From Albugo candida (taxonomy: Eukaryota), in contig JBDOQK010000028.1 of the NCBI GenBank assembly GCA_040437565.1, positions 124,001-188,000 of the forward strand: a DNA stretch of 64,000 bases. Direction: 5' to 3'. A program made the position numbers and the translations under genes. Positions 47,501 to 59,500 of the stretch are shown in pieces. The notes under the pieces are model-generated. The model was not told where the DNA came from, did not search any database, and saw only the letters and a program-made list of their open reading frames with translations. Every line of letters begins with the position of its first letter. The stretch's first letter is position 1.

Positions 47501-50500
47501 ATACTCCCTGAATCTATATCGTCCTTACTACCAAGATAGACTCCACCGCTACCCTTTTTGCCAGTTCCTGAGATGATGTGAACCGAGCCTCCAATATAAC
47601 TTAGGCTATCTCCACCGGAAATACTTGTATTACCGCCAGCAGCCTCCGTCCCTTCCATTACCGTGTGCATACCATCGACGTGATCATTATTTCCTCCTTT
47701 AATCATTACATGACCACTTCTATGACCTGCGATCCCTGCACTTATGGTCATATTTCCGCTGTGTCCATGTCGCGCTGCTCCCGTGGAAATCTTCATCGAG
47801 CCTGAATCTGCGCCTTTACTCAGACCGCTTCTAATGTAAATATTTCCTGTCGATGAAGTATGATCATCATCACCAGTCTGAATGTGCATATGACCAGATG
47901 TCGACATTGTGCTTTGGCCCGTCGCAAGGGATAAGTTACCACTTGACGATTTCATCGACTCGCCGCTTGAGATTTGGACATTTGCACCTGCTTGACCTTC
48001 CGATGATCCGGGATTGACTAATACGTCTCCGGCTCTACTTCGACTTGGTCCACTTTCAATACGTATCATCCCACTCGAATGTTGACTTGATCCGCTTGTG
48101 AGCTTCACATCTCCAGTACGCCCCTCATTACTATTACCAGTGATCAGTGTAATGGCACCGCTTTCACTCAGACCTGAACCGCTAAGGACACGCACTGCTC
48201 CCCCCGTACTTTTCCAGGATGTTCCTGCAGTCAATCTTAGATCGCCTCCATCTCCGACTTTGTTAGTGGAACCTTCAATCTTGACTTGTTGCCCAGCTTT
48301 CTTGCTGCTGATTGTACCAGCTTGTAATAGAATGTTAGAGTTACTTGGGCTTGATTCCATCTGATCTGTGCTACTCTGTACGATACTTATTGCACCATTT
48401 GATCCAGCATTGAGCAGAATGCTACCGGAAGATCCATTTGATGAACGACCTCCTTGTAATACCACATCCCCTGGCACTCCACCGAAGGAGGAACCAGCAG
48501 ATAGTTTTATATCACCCGCTTTGCTATGCCGTCCGGAAGTGCCTCCCATCAAGGATATCTTGCCAGATACATGCCCTTTGGCTATTGTACTACCAGTTTG
48601 TATATCAACATCGGGAGATGAGTCCTTAGAAGTATCTCCGGTCGCTAACGAGATTTTCCCAGAGATTGCTCTATACGATAAGCTATGCCCGCTCTCAATC
48701 GTGACATTGCCCGATTCCTCCTTCTCAGAAGAGCGTACAGAGGATACTAGGATACCGCTGGATCGACCACTTTGAGCTGAGCGTAATACAAGATCCCCTC
48801 CTTGCCTCACACCTTTTCCACCGCTAAGTGTGATACTTCCTCCAGTCTCGCCTTCACCGGCTTCTATCACAACGTTGCCACTAGAGCCATGTTCTGTGTA
48901 GCCGCTTTGAATATTTACATCTCCGGATTTTGTTGATGCAACGCCAGAAAGAATGGAAATATTACCTGTTTTTTTCTTTATGATGTCAGATTGCGTCGAA
49001 ACAACAATATCTCCAGTATGCATACTATGTGACTGACTCTGTAGCTGTACGTCGACTGGAGTAGAAACATTGTCGGATGGATTAACTTTGAAAGTTCCTA
49101 GAACTGAGATACTCGACGAGGAAAGNNNNNNNNNNNNNNNNNNNNNNNNNNNNNNNNNNNNNNNNNNNNNNNNNNNNNNNNNNNNNNNNNNNNNNNNNNN
49201 NNNNNNNNNNNNNNNNNNNNNNNNNTGAATATTTACATCTCCGGATTTTGTTGATGCAACGCCAGAAAGAATGGAAATATTACCTGTTTTTTTCTTTATG
49301 ATGTCAGATTGCGTCGAAACAACAATATCTCCAGTATGCATACTATGTGACTGACTCTGTAGCTGTACGTCGACTGGAGTAGAAACATTGTCGGATGGAT
49401 TAACTTTGAAAGTTCCTAGAACTGAGATACTCGACGAGGAAAGTCCTATCCGACCATTTTTCAAGTCCGAATTGATAAATATGCTCCCTGAGCGATTTGA
49501 TTTGGATTGGCCAGCTTCTAGTTTGATATCACCAGTGGACAAAGCAGAATCTGGGGTCCGTAGATGGAGATCACCCGACGTCGTCGCTGTTCTTCCTGTG
49601 GTGACTCGAATGGTAGATGGAGCAATTCCTATTTTGGTTTCTTCAAGGCTAGATCCTCCGCTTATTCTGATCGATCCTGAATGATTTTCCGAGTCTCCAG
49701 TCTTCACCACCAAATCACCGCTTCTTCCTGAACTGGTTTTCCCGGTCTGGATCAGTATATTCCCGGAATTTGCGCCCTCTTGACTGCGACTAAATGTACC
49801 CGAGTTTGCAGTTGTGATCTCAACGTCTCCACTTTTCTTTGGATTATTTGCTGTCACTTTGAATCGCTTGTGCTGGGAGTGTAAAGCGGCTACCAAATCG
49901 ATAGATATTTGCTGTTTATTGACTTCATGGAATTGATCAAAACTAAAATTTTTTTCGGGTAATTCAATCTTTGAAACAGAGACATACTCGGGAAATGTAT
50001 CACCAACTTGTTGGGCAATAACACCGCGTACGGGAAGATCCGGTATTCCTCGAATTTGACGCCACAGCTCGGAGTAGCGATAATTTTTGATTTCCAGGGT
50101 CTGCAGTCGCTGAAGGATCTCATCCTCATCCACATCTTGAATGTCCACTTTAATTCTTCTATCCGATGGATACACAATCTCGGTAAATTGAGCTTGCACA
50201 TGCGAAATTAATTTGTTTGGTTGAACCCTCATGACAACATTTCCGGGAACTGAGGTTTCGCTATGTGAAAGTCTGAACTCTCCCGAGTTCAAACCGATAT
50301 TCAGTTGATTACCCGCTTGCAATGCCAGTGAAGAATTGCGGGTAGTTTTGATAGAAATGGAGTTGTCCCCATGTATGTTCATGTGACTCGAGCCATCAGC
50401 ACTTCGAATTGAGACACTACCATTTTCTTGACCCAGTCCTGGCCTTAGCTCGATGCTTCCTCCATATCCTTCGTGATTCGAGTTGCCTGCAGTGATCGAT

Positions 50501-53500
50501 ACAGTCCCGGAAACAGTTTTTGAAGTACCTGTGCTTATCTTGACATCCCCGCTCGATTTCCCTGATCCGGTAGACACTATGGAGTCACCCGAAGTTCCAC
50601 TTTCTATACCTGCACCTCCGCTTTTCAATTCTGCAGTACCTGTCACTGCTTCCGTCGAAGCTCCCGTAAAAATCGAAATATTCCCGGTTTGTGCAGAGCT
50701 GGATGTCGCAATTTCGATCGATCCACTTGCTCCTCCATTCCCAGTCAGCAATTTCAATGTCCCGCCTGTGTTAGATTGCGAGCTGTTTCCACTTTGGAGA
50801 AGTACCACTCCACCCTTATTTTCCTCAGCGTTACCTCCAAGGAGTAAAATTGATCCGACACGGCCTTTGGGTGAATCACCGGATGAAATTTTGACATCAC
50901 CACTGGTACCAGACTTTGTAGACCCTGATACGAACCTTAGCGTACCGGAAGCTCCGTACTCTGTCACGCCAGTTGCCACCGTCATTTCTCCAGAACTTTG
51001 ATTTTCTATACCAGTGTGTGTTTGAAGAAGTACGCTCCCACTAGAATGACCTTGTCCGGAGATCATTTCGATCGTCCCACCATCGCTAGCANNNNNNNNN
51101 NNNNNNNNNNNNNNNNNNNNNNNNNNNNNNNNNNNNNNNNNNNNNNNNNNNNNNNNNNNNNNNNNNNNNNNNNNNNNNNNNNNNNNNNNNNGGGTGAATC
51201 ACCGGATGAAATTTTGACATCACCACTGGTACCAGACTTTGTAGACCCTGATACGAACCTTAGCGTACCGGAAGCTCCGTACTCTGTCACGCCAGTTGCC
51301 ACCGTCATTTCTCCAGAACTTTGATTTTCTATACCAGTGTGTGTTTGAAGAAGTACGCTCCCACTAGAATGACCTTGTCCGGAGATCATTTCGATCGTCC
51401 CACCATCGCTAGCAAAATCCGTGCTACCCGAACCTAGCTGGCCATGATCAAAAGACCGGTCACCCCCATGTATAAAGACAGTCCCTGGCTGTTCTTTATA
51501 AGTACTCCCAGTCGTCAGTGTCAAAGTGCCCGAACTACTAGCCAACGATTCACCGGTCTGTAATCTCATTTCACCTGATTTTGCCGATGCCATCGCTTTG
51601 GCAGAACTCAGACTAATCATCCCACTTTGATGACCCAAGCTCGAGCCACTATGTATCGTGACATTCCCTCCATCCCTTTGACCTATACCACCATATAATG
51701 CTAGGCTTCCTCCATCTGAATAATTACTCGAACCGCCTCTGAGCACCATTTTCCCTCCAGATAGCTTAGAACCAGTACCAGCACTCAAGTAGACACTTCC
51801 ACTTCGTTTAGCCGGAGAAGGGAGTGGATTATTTGTAGAATTGGGGGAGCCATGAGAATCTCCATTTCTTATAATGATATCTCCAGCTGCTGTGCTCTTT
51901 CCAGTCCCAATCACGACCCTCCCGCTAGTAAGGTGAGCTGAAAGTCCCGTCTTGAATAATATATCGCCACTTGCTCCTCGAGTAGCTTCAGTTGAGGCGG
52001 ATGTAAGTTTCAAGTTCCCCGTTGTATCAGAACTTGATCCAGAGGTCAGTATTATCTCTCCTCCCAGCCCGGTCGGTGCACTGCCTGCAAGTATCGAGAC
52101 ATTCCCACCGGTGCCCGAACCAAGCCGTACTGACAGCCCACCACCCCCGCGATTCATACTTTGACCCGTAGCGATGTGAATTGCTCCTGGTCTTCCTTTG
52201 GTGGTAGAACCAGAAGCAATGCTAACCCTTCCAGTTGGACCAGTAGTAGAGTCTCCAGAATGTAATTCTACCGAGCCCGATTCTTTTGAATGTGTCCTTC
52301 CACTCGAAATTTTTGTGTCTCCACTCCTTCCAGATGATTGAGCTTCCGATGTCTTGATAAGAACGTCACCGCTGGTGAATTCACTACTTGTGCCACTTTG
52401 TAGCGCTATCGACCCGCCTTTTGATGCAATAGCCTTCCCCCCCAGAACATAGATATCGCCACCTTTGTCACTACTTGATGCACGACCGTAACTCGAGCCA
52501 CCACTGAGTATGACCGCACCACCTTGCGCATTCTCCTTGAACAAACCGTCGTGTGCATCACCAGCTGAGATAAGAATTTGTCCACCTATTGCTTTTCTTC
52601 TGTTGGTCGTTTTTCCTACAGATAGCGTTATATCTGCACCTCGTTCATGATTTGATTCTCCAGTCAGGATCAGTATCTCTCCCGCAGCATTGGAAGCAGA
52701 ATCTCCTGTATTGATGCTCAACAGTCCTGACTGATCAATTGAGGTGCCTGTTTTTATAGACATTCCACCAGAACGGATTCCCGTAGACGTAGCCATACTG
52801 ATGTTCCCACTAGAAGCCACATCGGAGGTGCCCGACAATATATTCACATGTCCTCCGGACAAAGATGATTTTGCTTTTCCTGCCATCAGTGAAACGTTCC
52901 CTCCGCTGAATCCCTTCCCTTCTCCAACAGCAATTCTAATTGATCCTGCTACCCCCGTACTTGCTTTGCCCGTTCCAAGTGTCAAGCTGCCAGAATTATG
53001 TGAGCTACTATCTCCAGTACATAGTGAAACTGAACCACTCGATCCATGCCTTCCTGACGTCGCAGTATGCATGAGAAGACTTCCGCTATTAGAGTCGTCT
53101 GAATTTCCTGAAAACATCGCAATCGATCCTCCGGTTCCACTCATGGCTTTTCCACCATAAATTGTGACATTGCCAGCTATATCTCGTGCATTATAGCGAC
53201 CGAACGAGGCTCCTCCTAGAATTTCTACATTTCCACCTTCTCCACCGTTGTGCACATCCTTTGCCTTATTGGGACCTGCACTTATTGAAATAGAGCCTCC
53301 ACTTGCATGGGATTCTTCGGTACTTCCAGCAAGTAGACTAATGCCACCACCATTTACTTGGGACGCATTGCCAGCATGTATGCCAATGTCTCCAACAGTT
53401 CCGCTCTTTGAAGTCCCAGTCTGAATATAGACGTGACCGGTTCCTGCTAGCTTTTGTCCATGGCCTGTACGTATGGATATGTTTCCACTCAAGCCCGAGC

Positions 53501-56500
53501 TCTTGGCTTCTGCACTAATAATTTCAACATCCCCGCTGGATGAAGAAGAACTCATTCCCGAGAGAAGTTGCACACTACCTCCGACACCATCACCGTTGAC
53601 ATCACCAGCCTGGATGTAGGTATCTCCACCTACTTTGGTGGATCCAGTACCAACTTTGAGATTAATGTGTCCAGCTCTTCCTGTTCTAGAAGATCCAGTA
53701 CTGACGTTCACATTTCCAGATGGGCCTGACATCGAAAATCCCGTGCTCAGAGTTACCGATCCACTTTCCCCTCCCCCCGTAGCAGAATGAATGCTTATAG
53801 TGCCGCTACTTCCGGATGCCGAAGCACCTGATACCAGGTCAATCGTACCTCCAGCCACATTAGATGTTGATCCAGCTTCTACTAGTATATTCGAGGTACC
53901 TCTACCACCATATCCGCCGCTGATAGTAATGTTTCCTGCAGACCCGCTCAGCGCGTCGCCCGTTTGGAGAGTAAGAACGCCAGTGTCAGAAGTGGCAGAA
54001 TTACCACTCGTGATTCGTACTGCTCCACTAACAATGCTTCTATCATTTTCAGTGTTTTTTGTCGCAATAGATATTTCTCCACTCTCCTGAGACATTCTAC
54101 CTCCTGACGATATGGAAATAGAGCCTCCGCTGGTTCCTGTTGACTCACCTCCTGAAATACTAACATTGCCACCTCTAGCTTTCTGCCATTGTCGACCTTG
54201 AGAGTCACCTCCGGATATGAATACATCACCTCCATACGTTCCATATTGTGTCTTTTTATTCGTTCCATTTCCACCCATTATGTTGACAGCGCCTGCATGT
54301 GATGACGATGCTGCTGAATCTCCGCTATACAGGAAAACATTCCCTCCATTTCCAGCCTGGCTAGAACCGACATTGATTTTGATATCTCCTCCCTGTTTAT
54401 CAGCAGAAGATCCCGTACTGAGCAATATTGACCCACTCATTCCTCTTGACGAATTGCCAGTAACTATTGCCATGCTACCACTTGATCCTTTTTTTCCTGA
54501 TTCTGACGTATAAATGTTAACGTCCCCGCTATTCAGAGCATCACTATAACCAGATGCTAGCGTGACGCCTCCACCCGATTGAAAAGAACCTGCAGTATCA
54601 CCCGCTCGTATTTTGATACTCCCTCCGTCCATATTACTGCTTTTCCCAGCTATGAGGCCAATGGATCCACTAGATCCCGTGAGCGAAGGACCTGTTGATA
54701 ATGAGATATCGCCCGATTTTATTTTACTACTTTGACCTGTGGCGATTTCTATTTTCCCACTTGAGCCATAATATGCAGAGTCACTGGTACCGATGGTGAC
54801 CGATCCACTAGATGTTCTCTTACTTTTGCCACTAATGATATTGACATCCCCTCCAGAGCTTGCGCGTGCGGATCCACCAGATAAGGAAATTTCACCAGCT
54901 ACACGTTGAAAACATCTTTTTAGCAAAATCATAACTTTAATGAAATGCACCAACCTTTATCGTCAGATCCACCTCCGTTTGCAGAGCCTCCCTCGATCAA
55001 GACCCTTCCACCCTTTCCACCGTTCAGATTCTGAGTACTACTCCCGTGACCAGCAACCAATTCGATATCGCCACCTTTTACGGAGCCGTAAGTCGCTTCA
55101 CCAGCTGACATATGCAAATTGCCACCATCGCCCTTGTTGCCACTACCGACAGTAATTCGAATGTCACCACCTGCACCCGACTTGCTTCGACCTGTACTTA
55201 AATCCATCGCTCCACTCGGTCCAAAAGTGGTGTTTCCTGTCCGGATCGTCACTCTTCCAGATACACCACGAGACCCAGCATTGGCGGTTTGCATTTCTAT
55301 GCCACCGCTCGACGCCGCTATACTTTTTCCCGAATAAATCTCGATCTTTCCCCCCGAGGAGGTAGCGGATGTTCCACCTTCTAGATGTAGCTGCCCCCCC
55401 GTATCCTTATTCGCGTTCTTCCCTGAAGCTTCTCCACCAAATATTATAATGGAACCTCCATCCCCGCCATTCGAAGTTTGCTTGCTTTTACCACTACCAG
55501 CACTCAAATTGATGGACCCACCGCTGGCCGAATCTACGACATACATCAAGAAGAAAAATCTACCATGATTTGTCAGATTACATACTTGCGCTTGAGTCTC
55601 CAGCGGAGATATTGACACTTCCACCATCGCCCGTACCTCCGGTTCCAGCAGATAGTGCAATGTTTCCTGCATGCCCTTTCAAAGCATGCCCACTCTGTAC
55701 ACTGATACTTCCCGAGTCGGCAGTAGACGATGACCCGGACATGATTGAAACAAATCCGGACGATCCTCTTATATCGGAGGAAGCGGTGTTAAGAGATAGA
55801 TCTCCACTAGATGCTGCCGTTGAAGCACCGGTCGTGATGCTTACTCTGCCTCCTGTAGCTTTTGTAGTTGTGTTGCCTGCTTGCAAATCAATATCACCAC
55901 CATTTCCTTTGTCACCGGTTCCGACAAGTATTTGTATGGAGCCTCCAGTGCCTTTATTCGAAAAACCGGTTGTAAGAGACAATTTACCAGAGTTTCCATA
56001 TGATGCATTGCCGGTGCTAAGTAGCAAAGCGCCAGTGACCCCTTTGCCAGCAGTATTTGCCGTCGTGATCTGTATGCGCCCACTCGATGAAACCTGACTG
56101 TAACCAGAATGCATCCTAATATCACCGCCCGATCCCGTACGACTATACCCAGCTTCTACTCGTACATCTCCCCCTTCATTGTGCTTCATTCCGCCTTGAG
56201 AGGCTCCTCCAAAAATGGCGACGTGGCCACCATCACCAGAATTTTTATTTTGACCTTCACCACCAGTTAGTGTGATTGAGCCACCTCTGGTCGATGACTT
56301 CGAGATTGTCGCACCTGCGGAGATATCCACATCTCCTCCATTACCAGTAGAACCGGTTCCAACCAAAAGTGATAATTTTCCTCCATATCCACCAGCTGCA
56401 GTTCCACTTTTGAGTGTTATACCTCCTGATTCACCTTTATCTGTGGTACCACTTTCCAAAACTATACTTCCACTAGGACCAATCGCACCAGCTTTAGCCG

Positions 56501-59500
56501 TTCTCAAAGCTACATCTCCACTTGAAGCTTTCTCACTGTCACCAGAAAGTATACTTATAGACCCTCCGCTTCGATTGTCTGATGTAGAGCCTCCTTCAAT
56601 AGCGACAAATCCCCCTTCCCCGATACTGCCTTTACCAGAAGCCAAAATGATTTGTCCAGATCGTCCATACTGTGCATTTCCGGTTGAAACAAANNNNNNN
56701 NNNNNNNNNNNNNNNNNNNNNNNNNNNNNNNNNNNNNNNNNNNNNNNNNNNNNNNNNNNNNNNNNNNNNNNNNNNNNNNNNNNNNNNNNNNNNGACAAGT
56801 ATTTGTATGGAGCCTCCAGTGCCTTTATTCGAAAAACCGGTTGTAAGAGACAATTTACCAGAGTTTCCATATGATGCATTGCCGGTGCTAAGTAGCAAAG
56901 CGCCAGTGACCCCTTTGCCAGCAGTATTTGCCGTCGTGATCTGTATGCGCCCACTCGATGAAACCTGACTGTAACCAGAATGCATCCTAATATCACCGCC
57001 CGATCCCGTACGACTATACCCAGCTTCTACTCGTACATCTCCCCCTTCATTGTGCTTCATTCCGCCTTGAGAGGCTCCTCCAAAAATGGCGACGTGGCCA
57101 CCATCACCAGAATTTTTATTTTGACCTTCACCACCAGTTAGTGTGATTGAGCCACCTCTGGTCGATGACTTCGAGATTGTCGCACCTGCGGAGATATCCA
57201 CATCTCCTCCATTACCAGTAGAACCGGTTCCAACCAAAAGTGATAATTTTCCTCCATATCCACCAGCTGCAGTTCCACTTTTGAGTGTTATACCTCCTGA
57301 TTCACCTTTATCTGTGGTACCACTTTCCAAAACTATACTTCCACTAGGACCAATCGCACCAGCTTTAGCCGTTCTCAAAGCTACATCTCCACTTGAAGCT
57401 TTCTCACTGTCACCAGAAAGTATACTTATAGACCCTCCGCTTCGATTGTCTGATGTAGAGCCTCCTTCAATAGCGACAAATCCCCCTTCCCCGATACTGC
57501 CTTTACCAGAAGCCAAAATGATTTGTCCAGATCGTCCATACTGTGCATTTCCGGTTGAAACAAATACAGCGCCAGAATTCCCATATGTAGTATCTCCGGT
57601 TTGTAGGTCGATTATGCCACTAACACCTTTTGCACCAGAGGCAGCCGTCGCGATATTAATGGAGCCACTGGATGCGGAGATCCCCTTGCCGGATAGAAGG
57701 GTAACGGATCCTCCATATCCTGCGGCGGCACTGCCACCTTCGACTCTGACATGTCCCCCATTGTCCAATGAGTTCATGCCACGAGCGTGACCTCCCTTGA
57801 TGTTGACGATACCCCCGTCTCCACCATCAGTCGAGTGGGAAGATGAACCTTCACCACCAGCTATATCGATTGTTCCTCCAGAGTATCTCGCGGCAGACGT
57901 TCTTCCAGCAGTCAGCGCTAAGTCACCTCCAGCTTCTCGATCTCCTCCACCAACCGTGATCGATATAGTGCCAGCTCTACCGGAATTTGCATTTCCTGAT
58001 TCGATGGAGATGTCGCCTGTATCACCAGCAGCACTATCACCAGTTTGGAGAGTGACGGTTCCAGTGCCACCATTTCCACTCTTACTGGAAGAAGCTGAAG
58101 CAATTTCGACTTTACCGCTCGATCTTTTAGCACTGAGACCAGATTGAAGCAGTACGCTACCTCCTATTCCTTCCGTTGCCTTTCCACCTTCAAGATGTAA
58201 GGACCCAGCACGATCATTGGGGGATGTGCCTCGAGACTCGCCAGCCTTGATCAAGACAAGCCCACCGTCACCACCATCACCAAAATTTACACTTGTACCG
58301 GCACCTGCAGCGATCTCTACATTTCCTCCTCGACTAGCTATCGCATTGGAAGATCCGGATTGCAGAGAAATTGTACCACCATCACCCACCGTGTTGTTTC
58401 CAGTATTGATAAATACATTGCCTGCCATGTGACTGGAATGGCCAGTGACTAAGTGAATCGATCCTGCTTTCAAACTAGACTTTCCTGTCTGTAACATGAT
58501 TCTGCCTGATTCGGAGTTCGATTTTGCGCTTTTCAAAAAGATATTGCCACTTGAACTACTTGCAGATGAACCCCCTAATATGATTGCATCGCCACCATGA
58601 GATAAAATACTTGATCCACCACCCAGCACCAATCGTCCTCCATCACCTTCTGCTGAATATCCTCCTTTGATTTCAACGGACCCACCTTGACCTACTCCCA
58701 GCAAGGAAGACTGCATGCCGTCCCCTTCACCACCTGAGATAGATACATGTCCACCTTTACCACCATTTTGTGAACGTCCAGATCCAGCAAGTATTGTTAT
58801 GTTCCCTCCTTGTTGATTGTCTCGTTGTGCATTCCCGCTTTGAAGTAAAACAGAACCCACGGTACCATTTGTGCTTGTTCCACTTTTTATACTGATAGTA
58901 CCACTGTCTTGCATCGTGGTATTTCCAGTAAAAATCATGACATCCCCGGATATCCCTCGCGCAGCATTACCAGTGCTCATGACAATTGAGGCAGTTTTCG
59001 ATGACATTAAATCATCGGATGTAGCTAGCTCCAATAGTCCGCTCGAATCAGTACCGCTTCCCCCAGTGGTTATCCGAACCTTTCCACCAGCACCTTCCTC
59101 ACTTGTGCCACCACTAATCTCCACATTTCCCGCGGTACCAGTCTTTGAATCCCCCCCTTTGATACGTATATTACCAGCATGATTCGATGCTGAGCTTCCT
59201 GTGAGAATCTCTAGGTCGCCTGTTTGATTGTGCGCACTCCCCGTGGATATTACAATCCGTCCAGTTTGCCCATTTCCACTTGACGAAGCAGACCCAATAG
59301 CGACTGTTCCGCTAAAACCATCCGCACTCGTTCCACTCAAGAATTTAAGGGAACCCCCTGTGCCGTTTCTACTTTTGCCTCCGAAGATGTTCACTTCTCC
59401 ACCGCTTGATGATGATTGCATGCCGGAAGACTGGCCCCCGCCTATTGTGACGTCTCCACCCAGCGATGCTTCATCATTCAATCCACCACCGGCGGTCAAT

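Noticed and set aside
51063-51200. Apparent frameshifts or stops at gaps 38397, 51092 and 56694 (pseudogene?)
   Set aside because: The gap length of 100 N is nominal. Merging the overlapping copies restores a continuous frame at every junction.
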